Below the pieces are notes generated by a model, which made no database searches, was not told the DNA's origin, and saw nothing but the letters and a program-made list of their open reading frames with translations. A DNA stretch of 64,000 nucleotides from Macrostomum lignano (taxonomy: Eukaryota), in the NCBI GenBank assembly GCA_002269645.1, contig NIVC01002493.1, positions 62,001 to 126,000 on the forward strand. Direction: 5' to 3'. Shown here in pieces: positions 33,545-44,095 of the stretch (position 1 is its first letter; every line of letters begins with the position of its first letter). A program made the translations under genes and the position numbers.

Positions 33545-35390
33545 TTACATTGTAACAACTCCAAGCATTGTTCGCAGTTGCATGAACTTGTCCTTCGGTA
33601 ACGGCTTAGTAAGCGCATCTGCAACCATATCGCCAGTTGGACAGTAGACCACCCGAATAGTCCCATTGCTGACGGCTTCACGAATGAAGTGATGTCTGAT
33701 ATCAATGTCCGTCGACTTCCAGCAGAATTCTCAGAAAGAGCAATGGTTCCTTGGTTGTCCTCGTAGATCACAGTGGGTCGCTCAGATCCTGATCTTTCAA
33801 GATCACTTAGTAGCCGCCGTAGCCACATGGCTTCTTGTGCTGCAGAGCTCAGCGCAACGTACTCAGCTTCCGTTGTCGAGAGTGAGACAGTTGATTGCTT
33901 CTTGCTAAGCCAGCTGATAGCGCCACCAGATAGCTTAAACACGATGCCAGAGGTGGAATGTCGATCATCTACGTCACTCGCCCAGTCTGCATCAGAATAG
34001 CCGATCAAGTTCTCTACACTAGAGTTGTACTCTAGGCCAAAGTCGATTGTTCCCTTTAGGTATCGGAAGATTCGTTTTACTGCGGTTAGATGTATCTCTC
34101 TTGGTTTGTTGTTGAACTTGGAGACAACTCCCACTGCATACGAGATGTCTGGACGTGTAGCAGTTGCTGCATAGAGCAAGCTTCCAACCATTGACTGGTA
34201 AACTGTAGAGTCAACTGGCTTGCTGCCCTCGTCGTATTTGGCTAGTTTTACGTTGGGATCCATCGGAGTTAAGGCTGGGTTCGCCTCTGCAAGTCCATAG
34301 CGTTCAAGCAGTTTGGTTATGTACTGCTTCTGATTAAGCTTGACACAGCGGTCCTCCTTGTTTGCTTGGATGTTGACACCTAGGCAGTAGTGCAACTCGC
34401 CCATGTCTTTCATCTTGAACCTTTTGGAAAGTTCATCCTTGATTTGTTGCATTTCCACCAGACTCTGTTGCATTTCCACCAGACTCTTCGCAATTAGTAT
34501 TAGGTCGTCAACGTACACAGCTAGGGCCGTGAGATCCTCCCTTTTCCTAATGAAGACACAGCTGTCGGCTGAGCTTACCTCGAAGTTAATTCTGGCTAGG
34601 TAGTCGCAAAAGGCTTTGTTCCAACAGCGGGGCGCTTGCTTAAGTCCATAAAGCGACTTCTTTAACTTGCAGACCAGCTCTTCCTCTCCTGGCTTGACGA
34701 AACCGGGTGGCTGCTCCATGTAAATTTCTTCGCACAATTCGCCGTTCAAAAAGGCAGTTACAACGTCCATCTGGTGAACGTGTAATCCATGTTTAGCCGC
34801 TAATGCCAACATTGCACGAAATGATGGGAATTTTACAACTGGCGCGAAGGTCTCTTCATAATCAATGCCGAACTTCTGTGAATAGCCCTTGGCTACAAGT
34901 CTTCCCTTAAAACGATCTACCTTGCCATCACCGTCATACTTGACCTTAAAGATCCATTTGAATCCGATTGCCTTGCGTCCTTCAGGTAGTCGTACGAGAT
35001 CCCAGGTTTCATTCTCCATCAGGGAATTATACTCTGAGTCAGCGGTAGCTTTCCATTGCTTCGCGTAGTCACCTTTCAGGGCTTCGTCGATCGTTTTCGG
35101 TTCGATAATTTCGGTCATTCTGAACGCAAAGTGTTCGGTTTCAGATGCCACTTTTGCACCTTCATATTTGAGACGGTCAGGGGCTCTCCTTTCACGTTGA
35201 GGGTATCGCTTCTGATCAGTTTCTGTCGACACCGACTGTTCCTGTTCTTGACCTGGTGTCTCTTCAGTCATATTGGGCTCATCAAGTTCCAACTTGGAAC
35301 TTCCAAGTTGAACCAGCTCGCGTCCTTGTCTCTTGCTCTATTCTTTGAGCTCCCAAAATCAGTCTCGTTGAACACCACATCGTAGCGTTT
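33545..35390 (-). pseudogene. Copia pol remnant: integrase C-terminal tail, reverse transcriptase (RVT_2 type) and RNase H, with a frameshift near 33710
   Basis: YDVVFNE, LVAKGYSQKFGIDYEETFAPV, QMDVVTAFLNG, KSLYGLKQAPR, YVDDL, GYSDADWA and STTEAEY. The IDIRHHFIRE...ADALTKPL tail lies in a shifted frame ending at 33545. Confidence 0.93.
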
Positions 35391-35429
35391 GGTGGTAGCG
35401 TAGCGTAGCATCGTAGCATCGTAGCGTTT

Positions 35430-36058
35430 TGGGTCTTCAGTGCAGACTCTCCACCCTGTGTACCACCAGACCCTCGCTCACCTAATTCACTTCGCTTTTG
35501 CTCCTCGTTGATGAGTGCTTGGTGAACCATCTGCAGAGTAAGATCATCACCGCGAGCTTCCAAGGCAGTAACCAAGGTAGAGTAGCTCTCAGGCAGGCTG
35601 CTGAGCAGCATGACCACTTGGTCCTCTTCACTGACGGGTGCGTTGATAGAGGCCAGTTTGTCGGTCAGCTCCTTCATATGGCGTATATGATCCTGTACGC
35701 GGGTCCTTTCACTCATCTGCAGCCGGAAAAGCTGTTTCTTCAAATAGATCTTATTCGCAGTTGATTCTCGTTCGAAGTGCTGTTGGAGAGCTTGCCACAT
35801 CCGATGTGGATCTTCGCCACACGAAGTTATTAGATAGATTAACTCTTTCTTGATAGAAAGAACGATCACTGCAGCAGCTCTCTGTTGCTGCTCTCGAAAT
35901 TCGTTTTCTTGCTCCTGAGTAGCATCCTCTGCGAGAATTACGGAACCGTCGACGACTCCCCAGAGCTTCCTCGCTATAAGACAGAACTTGATCTGGATCT
36001 TCCAGGTAGTCCAGTTTCCGCTTCCCAGCTTGTTGACTTGAAACTTATCATCCGCCAT
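35430..36058 (-). pseudogene. Copia gag (UBN2-type), truncated before the zinc knuckle
   Basis: KLGSGNWTTWKIQIKFCLIARKLW...HIRHMKELTDKLASINAPVSEEDQVVMLLSSLPESYSTLVTALE. The ORF runs into the deletion junction. Confidence 0.88.
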
Positions 36059-36132
36059 TTCTTCGGAAAGTTCGTGTCGAGAACAAGCCTATTTTCCGTC
36101 TGAGCGAGGCTTCTGGATCAGCTACCACTTAT

Positions 36133-36162
36133 GCGCAGTGGAAGCGTGCTGGGCCCATAACC
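36133..36162 (-). promoter_or_regulatory. Primer-binding site complementary to the 5' half of initiator tRNA-Met
   Basis: The plus strand GCGCAGTGGAAGCGTGCTGGGCCCATAACC matches metazoan tRNA-iMet nt ~10-39 as I recall it (29/30) and directly abuts the LTR. Confidence 0.9.
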
Positions 36163-36385
36163 TGTTGGCTTTTCAAACGCAGCAGTGTAGCTGATCGAGT
36201 AGATTTCTTAGTCAACGAGCAACAGGGGAAGTTAAGAGAGGATGAAGCCAGAGGCTGATTTAATAGCTTTAGTTTTAGGCATAGACAAACTTATACAGTA
36301 TCGTTCTAGAAAGTTCTAAGACTTGGGGAATCTAACGAGAGTTACTATAATTAGCATAGATACAATTTACATTACTTTTTCAACA
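36163..36385 (-). repeat. 5' LTR of the copia element (223 bp)
   Basis: TG...CA ends, next to the PBS, followed by the TSD ATAGT. Confidence 0.95.
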
Positions 36386-36424
36386 ATAGTAACACGTGCT
36401 GATATCTCCATGGCTTCTTGACAT

Positions 36425-36738
36425 GGGATTGTAGCCTAGTGGTCAGAGCGTCGGACTTACGAATGAAAGGTCGGGGGTTCGATTCCCGATCCCACTGGAA
36501 CAATTTGTGTTCTTGAGCAAGACGCTTAACTCTGCATTGCTTCAGTTCACCCAGCTGTAAAATGGGTGCCAGCATTAGCTGGGTAATTGAGGGCGTGTGG
36601 CGACCCCCCCCCCCAGTGCTCGGACTGAACAGCCGTACGCAGCCGTCAGATGCGCTGCGCAATAGCTGCGGCTGAGCTGTCGGTTGCACATCTGGCCCAA
36701 TTGGGGCAGGTGTAATCAATTATTATTGTCATTATTGA
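36425..36738 (+). mobile_element. tRNA-derived CORE-type SINE (family 1), copy 1
   Basis: A box TAGCCTAGTGG, B box GGTTCGATTCCC, then TGTGTTCTTGAGCAAGACGCTTAACTCTGCATTGCTTCAGTTCACCCAGCTGTAAAATGGG resembling the MIR CORE. Ends in an (ATT)n-like tail. Confidence 0.88.
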
Positions 36739-37216
36739 CTTTCAACGATTCAATTACTTTAAGTAAGGATCTGATGCAAATGACACTGTACATTTAATTT
36801 TCAGTTTGCAACCATTTCAATGCATTTTAAAGGCCCTCCCGTTATGGCCATAAAATTTGACCCGCAATAGCGCGTGGAAGCCATATAAGAGTTTAGTAGT
36901 GCTTCTTTTATACAAAGGCGGCGCTGTACATTACTACGTGAGCATTAGCATTGTTGCCATAGCGACGGCTGAGACCGTCTGGGCTGCGACAGGAAACTGA
37001 AGAATGAAACAGTTTCCTGTTCTGCGCAGGACCCAAGAAAAGCTGTCCGTTTCAATGGAGTTGAATAGCGACAGACCTGCAGCATAAAGCTTCCACGGAC
37101 AGGCTCAGTAGAAGAGGGAGAGAGCTAACTTTTGAATTGATCAGCCAGGTCAACTCAAACCCAAAGCCAAAGCTAAGCCCAGCATCTCAGCCCTGCAGCT
37201 CAAGATCCGTCACAGC

Positions 37217-38599
37217 ATGGCAACCGTGCTGGCAGAACTGCGGGTCCTTCATCAGCATCAGAAGCAGAACGCCAACAAGCCTGTCGTGCGGACTCACTAC
37301 GTCTCTCTGGACGCTTCGAACTGTCTGCGTGGCCGCGCCACCATCCGAGACGTCTGTAAAAATCCGGTCGCTTCGACGACATCAGCCGGCGGTATACTTC
37401 GACATCGTCGGAGCAGCGATCACGACTGCAACGAAAGCAATAAAACCGATGCCAAATCGACGTTGGAAGAAAATCGAAGCAAAACTCAACGCTCCGTCAC
37501 GTTTAGCGGGGTGCGGCGGATTGTGCCGGCGCTGCCGCATCAGCAGCAGCAGCCGCAACATGCGACTTTCCCAACCGGACCTGCCGGCATCGGCAGAACT
37601 ATGGGTGCCGAAATTCGACGCCAGGCCCGCGCTCGAGCCTGCCTGGACGCGGATGTTGGCGCCATCCGACTGGCTGGAGTTGGCTTAGATCGACAGTTCA
37701 ACCGCCAAGAGGAACCGTCGAAACCAACGCCGACGCAACAGCGCAGGTCGGAGAAATCGGCGCAGCTGGTCCGCCTGACCCCGGCCAGCAGGCCGGCAAC
37801 TGCAGCTGCTGCCGCCGGCCGCACCTCCGCCCCGCTGGAGTCAAGCTACTGCCTGCTGGCACGGCCGTTGCCGCCGCCGCCGCCGCCGCCTCATCCTCAA
37901 CAACAACAGGCGTCAGATTCCTCGGACAAATGCGAGGACTGTCCGCTATGTTTGAAGAACCGTCAACGACTGGCTCGGCTGGACTGCCTCATCAGCCAGC
38001 TAGCGGTGTCCAACGATTCGCGGCCACCAGCGAGGCCGTACACTGCGACGGCGGCAACAGCGGCGGCAACGACCAGGGCGTCAACAGAATCGGCTGCCAG
38101 TCGTCGGCAGAAGAAACGACGCCTCACTGGTCGGACGCGACCACTACGGCCGATGATGCCGGCGATGCAGCTGCAGACGAGCTGCACAACCGTTGCCACA
38201 TCTGCCGAGGAGAGCGAAGCGGCTGTCGATGCGGCGTTCGACGCTGCCGCAGCTGCCACCGCCGTCGCCTTCCACGCCTGCCTGGCCTCGGAGGCGTTCA
38301 TCTCTCGCGAGCTGACCCGTCGTCAGGCGGCCGACTTGACAACTCCAGCCGACGTGCCGCCGCCCGAGCTGCCGGAGCGGCTGCCCCGGTTCTCGGAAAA
38401 TTTCTACAGCCACTTCAAGAGGCCGAAGACGGGCGGCAGCCTGTTCCTGGGGCGGCGGCCCTGGCCGCTGCGCGACACCTCCTGGCGTGGAGACTCGACC
38501 GGACCGGTTGACGACGGCTGGGGCGGCGAAGTGGTTGATGAAGCTGGGCAGGAGGCTGATAGGCCGGCTGGTGTAGTCGAGACAGTTGGCGGTGAATAA
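37217..38599 (+). CDS. Uncharacterised intronless low-complexity protein, 460 aa
   Basis: Long GC-rich ORF with GCAGCATGG start and a possible upstream acceptor CCCTGCAG at 37198. Has Ala/Pro/Gln tracts and a CEDCPLC motif; no recognised domain. Confidence 0.6.
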   Translation: MATVLAELRVLHQHQKQNANKPVVRTHYVSLDASNCLRGRATIRDVCKNPVASTTSAGGILRHRRSSDHDCNESNKTDAKSTLEENRSKTQRSVTFSGVRRIVPALPHQQQQPQHATFPTGPAGIGRTMGAEIRRQARARACLDADVGAIRLAGVGLDRQFNRQEEPSKPTPTQQRRSEKSAQLVRLTPASRPATAAAAAGRTSAPLESSYCLLARPLPPPPPPPHPQQQQASDSSDKCEDCPLCLKNRQRLARLDCLISQLAVSNDSRPPARPYTATAATAAATTRASTESAASRRQKKRRLTGRTRPLRPMMPAMQLQTSCTTVATSAEESEAAVDAAFDAAAAATAVAFHACLASEAFISRELTRRQAADLTTPADVPPPELPERLPRFSENFYSHFKRPKTGGSLFLGRRPWPLRDTSWRGDSTGPVDDGWGGEVVDEAGQEADRPAGVVETVGGE

Positions 38600-38761
38600 A
38601 TGCCGATGGATTAATCGAGGTTCGAAGCGGATTAGCGAACTTCGGGGTAATTTCTAGCTGTTGTATCACTAAATTGTCCCGAGAACAACACTTTTTTCTT
38701 AGAAAATCTTTTGCTTGTAAAGGCTGGCTACAAAGGAAAAATACAAGGTCGAAACAAAGTG

Positions 38762-39075
38762 ACAGTAATGACAATACTCATTAATTACACCTGCCCCAAT
38801 TAGGCCAGATGTGCAACCGACAGCTCAGCCGCAGCTATTGCGCAGCGCATCTGACGACTGCGTACGGCTGTTCAGTCCAAGCACTGGGGGAGGGGGGGGT
38901 CGCCACACACAGCCTCAATTACCCCAGCTAAAGCTGGCACCCATTTTACAGCTGGGTGAACTGAAGCAATGCAGAGTTAAGCGTCTTGCTCAAGGACAAC
39001 AACTGTTTCAGTAGGATCGGGAATCGAACCCCCGACCTCTGATTCCGACACTTTAACCAATAGGCTAATTCACCC
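38762..39075 (-). mobile_element. tRNA-derived CORE-type SINE (family 1), copy 2, inverted relative to copy 1
   Basis: Reverse complement of 36425-36738 over ~300 bp with high identity; B box and CORE retained. Confidence 0.88.
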
Positions 39076-39398
39076 CCCCCCCCAAATATGTACTGTCGAG
39101 ATGGACGTTTGCATATCGTGCTTCTAATTTAGCCTACATGTAAATGTAGCTTTTGAGTTTGCTTGTAAAGATGAAACTTGCTCTAGAATAGGACATCCAA
39201 TTAGCGAGATAGGATCGACTAAGTTTTCGGATTTTTTAGCACTTAATTCCCAATAATTTCACCATCTGGACTTCTGAATTGCAAAAATCGTTGCTAGCTC
39301 ATCAATGAGTAATCGTAGTTTCTAGAAAAGCTCACATTTTTTAGCGTCTTTTCTTTCTAGAAATATCTTTCTTGAAAAGTTTTGCTCAGGCTTGCCTA

Positions 39399-39660
39399 CA
39401 GCGGCCCAGGCTCGATTCCAAGTGCAGTCAAATTAATTTGGGGCTGAATTGGAATCTCGGCTTGGCTCTGCTCGTGCAATTAACGGTCTTGAGGGCCAAC
39501 CCCCAAGGCACAGTGAAGTGTACATGCCTAACGATAATATAAAGTTAGGGCCGCTGTACACTCCTATGTGAGTGTGTGCCTGCGTACGTATCCGCGCGCT
39601 TGTGTGCCTGCTCAGGGGAGTCGACGGAATGGGCAGTAATGCCTCTCGCCGGTTGTGTGA
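39399..39660 (+). mobile_element. tRNA-derived SINE family 2, truncated copy
   Basis: Collinear with 14789-15050 from the B box to GCCGGTTGTGTG. Confidence 0.85.
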
Positions 39661-40587
39661 CAACCACTGCCTGCAATAAAAGGCTCCCTGTTTCGCTGAT
39701 GCACTTTTCAGAAGAAAACAGGCCTTCAAATCCCGCCAACGAGTGACAATTTTCTGTAGATCCCTTTTTTCAACTCGTCTTGATTAATCATATTTTTGTT
39801 GACCCGAAAGTTGCTTACAGGTAAAAATATATAAACAAAAGAAAATCATGTACGGTCGTGACTCAACTTGGCTAGAATAAATAGTGACTACAAATATTTT
39901 CTAGAGGGTGTCGTGGCTCCAGTGTCAGACGTATTTTGTGTCGAGCTGCTCTGCCCACTGCCTCTGCAGATACATAAGGAGCTACTTCCAACCTAATGAA
40001 CATGCAAAAGAATGGCTGGTAACTAAATTCAATTTTCACAACTAAAATCGTTTTCTTGTTTATTTAATTTTCTCGAAATTAAAATTCCCAACTCTTGCTG
40101 TCGTCTCATAGATAATCATAAAATGAAAAGTCAGTATTGAAAGCCTTTGGTTTCTCTCATTTTAAGACAATGATGGTTAATTCAAAATTTCGCCAATATT
40201 TTTAGCCAGACTGTCCTTCTGACTGGCGCTAATTTGATTGGCTGGTGGGCTGCCTTTCTTTCGCACCAGCCTGAGGTACTGCTGTAGGGGGTCGCCGGTC
40301 AGCAGACCCAATTCGTGCATGTTCACCAGCAGGAATATGACGAATTCTCTGAAATTGTTTGTTTTAGCGATGTAAATCAAAATTCATTTTCAATAACATT
40401 GACTATAACAAAACATTTCTATAGTTAGGATTGAAAAATGAAGCAAATAAATATTAATATTGTTTTTTTCAAAATAGCTATACCTACTCTACTACGAGTA
40501 GTAGGCAGCCAATTATCTATAGATTTTAATTTTTACTATAGCTACATGCGAGCATGTTTACGTACAATAAGTTTACATAGCAAATTA

Positions 40588-40978
40588 TGATGGGTTTCGA
40601 CCTTTCGGCCCCCTTGTGGGGAAGCCTTCGGGCCTTAGGTCTCAGAAATAAATCAATTAGAGTCCTGGCCCCCCACTCCTGTGAGGATGAGAAAAAAGCT
40701 ACCGCCCGCATCCTCTCAGACCATCTGGCGCCGCAGTCTCAGCATTGAGTGAGGCGCAGGTGGCTGTCAGACCAGCTCGAAAGCAGAAGCCAGATTTATG
40801 ACCCCAAAGCCCCACCTATGCTATTAAAACTACAAGTATGGCAAAATCATATAACTAATATGAATTCTAGGAAAATTACATAAAGAGAAGAAAAAATGCC
40901 CACATCCTGTTGTTAGTAGGCTAGCAAGTTTAAAGCCCATGTGCTAGCGTGGAATTTGGGAAAAGTGCGTCCTCATCA
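40588..40978 (-). mobile_element. Solo-LTR-like element (391 bp)
   Basis: Ends TGATG...CATCA with 5-bp TSD AATTA (40583-40587 and 40979-40983). Homologous to 42531-42844 and to the ends of 48118-48478. Confidence 0.78.
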
Positions 40979-41527
40979 AATTATTCATACATGTATTACA
41001 CGTAATGTTACATAAATCGAACGCTGCAATATAAAATGCCCAAAATTATAATTTATGATCCACACGTACGAGACTAGAAGTGAAAATAAATATTGTTTTG
41101 ATTGACTCTTGATTTCCCTATCTTGTTATTATATTTCATAAATTCCCTGTACATGTCTTGATCATCTAAAATTGTCTAAACCAATTAACGTCAGTACAAA
41201 TATTTGTCCATGGATTGTACAATACCTGAAGCCATAAACTACTAGGGGCTTAATTTGGGTTTTCTATTCAAAGGATTAGTATAGGGATTCGTGAGCGTAG
41301 CTTTATAAAGCTTTTATTTTTTTTCTAAGAAATGTCTTCTCTTACTACGAAAGTACATGATGTACGCTCGTATATAGCTATTTTTACTAATTCTTGTCGC
41401 ACTCCAACCAGGACTTCTGCTGAATATGATGGTTCATTCTTAGACAAAATTTCAAAATAATAATGCCTATACTACATAGCCACATGTATGTAAAAGCATC
41501 AATTAATAAAAAAATTAGACAATACAC

Positions 41528-42133
41528 TTACTGATAATTCCTCAGAAATTCCTCCGATCGAACATCCGCATCTGCTGGTTCGCACGGGGAAGTGAAGCGC
41601 AGCATAGTATAGGAAATCTTGGCATTGTGCCAGCACTCGTCCATCGGAATGCAGCTGAGGAATAGCTCAAAATAGAACTTCTGCATCCATTTCAGCACTG
41701 CTTGGCTGTTGCACGGTCGCTCGGGATCGAGCAGATTCTCTTCTTCGATTTGTTTTTTCTTGCTTCGCCAGAAGCTCACATTTTCCCATAAGTCGCCGTA
41801 TTTGCTCTCCAACTGATTGTAGGTGGCTCGCAGGGCGCACAGCATGAAGTGACCGCAGCCGAGGACCCGTCGGACTGATAGGCGCGTCTTATTCATAAAC
41901 GATTGCTTGTCAGCAAACTGTCTGGAGTTGCCAACGGGTTCCATAAAGTCGTGATAGAATGGCTTGAAATTGGGATTCTGCGGATCGGTAAACGTACTCA
42001 GATTGGCACCCAGTGTGCTCATGATGAACATCTCCATGGTGTGCAGCGGGACGATGGTGTCTTTCGAATCGGACTCTTTGTACCAATTGTGAATGTGATG
42101 CAAGCAGTCTGCTCTGTCGTTTGAGCCAGCCAT
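41528..42133 (-). CDS. Uncharacterised intronless protein, 201 aa
   Basis: GC-richer coding-like island in AT-rich flanks, AAAAAATATGG start, globular amino-acid composition; no recognised domain. Confidence 0.6.
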   Translation of the reverse strand: MAGSNDRADCLHHIHNWYKESDSKDTIVPLHTMEMFIMSTLGANLSTFTDPQNPNFKPFYHDFMEPVGNSRQFADKQSFMNKTRLSVRRVLGCGHFMLCALRATYNQLESKYGDLWENVSFWRSKKKQIEEENLLDPERPCNSQAVLKWMQKFYFELFLSCIPMDECWHNAKISYTMLRFTSPCEPADADVRSEEFLRNYQ

Positions 42134-42530
42134 ATTTTTTGTTGAAAATCGATTGAGGCTTCTTATTAAACAGCCAAGCGATCAAAAACCAAATCTAGAA
42201 CCTTGATAAACAATTTGTTTTTTTATGAGTATAGAGCAGCTATAAAGACACTTCAATTTGTCTCTGGTTTATTACGATTCACAACTACTGTGTTTGGTCT
42301 CTGGTATATTGACACATGTATACTGACCGATAAAAGTTGATATCGAGAGAGATTAATGAGCAATTGATATGCACGCATTGTCAGTCTATAAATTGTACAT
42401 ATTGGACTTAAAAAAACCGATCGATAGTGTACTTTTATCGAATGAGCGTGCATGAGGATACATGTATGTATTTTCGAGAGTAAAACGAATTTATTTTGCA
42501 CGTTCCAATAAACAATCTGATCGGCACTTC

Positions 42531-42844
42531 TGATGAGGAGTCGAGGACGCACTTTTTTCCAAACCCCGCGCTAGCACATGGGCTCTAAACTTACTAGCCT
42601 ACTAACAGTGGGCAATGGGCATTTTTATCCTTTTTCTGCGAATTGTCATAGAATCTATACTAGATATAATGTCTGGTCATACTAGTAGTCATAATAACAT
42701 AGGCGCAGCTTTTTGGGTCATAAATCATCGCTTTCGAAGCTGTTCTGACAGCCACCTGCGCCTCACTCAGTGTTGAGGCGGGCGCCAGATGGTCTGAGAG
42801 GATGCGGGCGGTAGCTTTTTTCTCATCATTTTGACAGGCCATCA
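42531..42844 (+). mobile_element. Diverged copy of the solo-LTR-like family lacking the terminal hairpin block
   Basis: Reverse complement of ~40685-40978 (GAGGACGCACTTTT...GCGCCAGATGGTCTGAGAGGATGCGGGCGGTAGCTTTTTTCTCATC), ending ..CCATCA. No TSD found. Confidence 0.7.
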
Positions 42845-43124
42845 AGATTTATGAGGTCAGAGCCTATTGTTCGTGTTCACTCAAGCGTGTGACAGCTTTG
42901 ACAGCTATGCGTTTTACCCCTAAAAGTACCTTGGGATTAGCGATTAGTGATTTCTCTTCATTATCTTCACTTTCTATTTAATAAGAGCTTTCTAATGTAT
43001 ATTTTTTCATTAATTTCTGTCAATCCTACGCGACAAGTCATAAATCATTTTGTTGCGATTTTGATTGATTTATGGCCGCACCTGTCATCTTTTTACGACC
43101 CTGTGGGAACTGATAGGATCTCCC

Positions 43125-43260
43125 GATCACGTGATTCTGGGTAGCAACAAGCTTAGCCAATCAGAAAATTCGGCGCTCATTTTAACAAATCGGCTCAGCC
43201 AATCAGAATCGACGTGTTCCATTATAACAAACTGCGGTCCAGTTGGCGGCTATTTAAACC
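43125..43260 (+). promoter_or_regulatory. Promoter-like module: E-box, RFX half-site, two CCAAT boxes, TATA-like sequence
   Basis: CACGTG, GGTAGCAAC, AGCCAATCAG x2 and CTATTTAAA. The first ~40 bp are similar to 48197-48238. Confidence 0.4.
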
Positions 43261-43489
43261 GGTGTTTTTGGCCCGCTCGGACTGCAATTTGCTCGGACTC
43301 CGACTTGCTCGGGCCCAGCACGCAACGTCTGGTTCCCGGAGCGCGACCGTCGTTTCTTGATCCCCGGATTGCGACTTCCCCCCTCATAATCAAGGACGAG
43401 TCCCCCGGTCATCAGCAGCGAACATCAAAGTTAAGATCATCACCTGCTAGCTATCTGCGAAGACTGTGACAGCATCATCCCAAGTCTAC

Positions 43490-44095
43490 AGCTGCGGCGC
43501 CAAAATGAGTGCCTGCGGCGCCAAAATGAGTGCCTGCGGTTCCAAAATGAGTGCCTGCGGCGCCAAAATGAGTGCCTGCGGCGCCAAAATGAGTGCCTGC
43601 GGTTCCAAAATGAGTGCCTGCGGCTCCAAAATGAATGCCTGCTTGCGGCGCCAAAATGAGTGCCTGCTTGCGGCGCCAAAATGAATGCCTGCTTGCGGCT
43701 CCAAAATGAGTGCCTGCTTGCGGCGCCAAAATGAATGCCTGCTTGCGGCGCCAAAATGAATGCCTGCTTGCGGCGCCAAAATGAGTGCCTGCGGTTCCAA
43801 AATGAGTGCCTGCGGCGCCAAAATGAGTGCCTGCGGCGCCAAAATGAGTGCCTGCGGTTCCAAAATGAGTGCCTGCGGCTCCAAAATGAATGCCTGCTTG
43901 CGGCGCCAAAATGAATGCCTGCTTGCGGCGACAAAATGAGTGCCTGCGGCGCCAAAATGAGTGTCTGCAGCGCCAAAATGAGTGCCTGTGGGTGCTAAAA
44001 TGAGTGCCTGCGGCGCCAAAATGAGCGGCTGCGGCGCCAAAAGTGCCAATGGCATAAGGCATGGCCAGCCAGGCCAACCCGCCCCCCCCCCAATT
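43490..44095 (-). mobile_element. 21/25-bp minisatellite array with a family-B MITE-like flank
   Basis: Units GCGGCGCCAAAATGAGTGCCT and a 25-bp GCTT-insert variant. The flank GGCATAAGGCATGGCCAGCCAGGCCAACC..CCCCCAATTG is shared with 46945-46985. Confidence 0.75.

Larger units (their letters stand above)
33219..36385 (-). mobile_element. Ty1/copia LTR retrotransposon, internally deleted (non-autonomous), 3.17 kb
   Basis: TG...CA LTRs at 33219-33446 and 36163-36385, 5-bp TSD ATAGT on both sides, copia-type PBS GGTTATGGGCCC and PPT CAAGTGGGAG. Contains gag and RT-RNaseH; protease and most of integrase are missing. Confidence 0.96.

Noticed and set aside
36133-36162. tRNA-iMet gene
   Set aside because: Only 30 nt, ending exactly at the LTR edge; interpreted as a PBS.
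36425-36495. tRNA gene (also 14747-14820 and 39005-39075)
   Set aside because: The acceptor stem does not close and the sequence runs straight into SINE bodies found in multiple copies; these are SINE heads.
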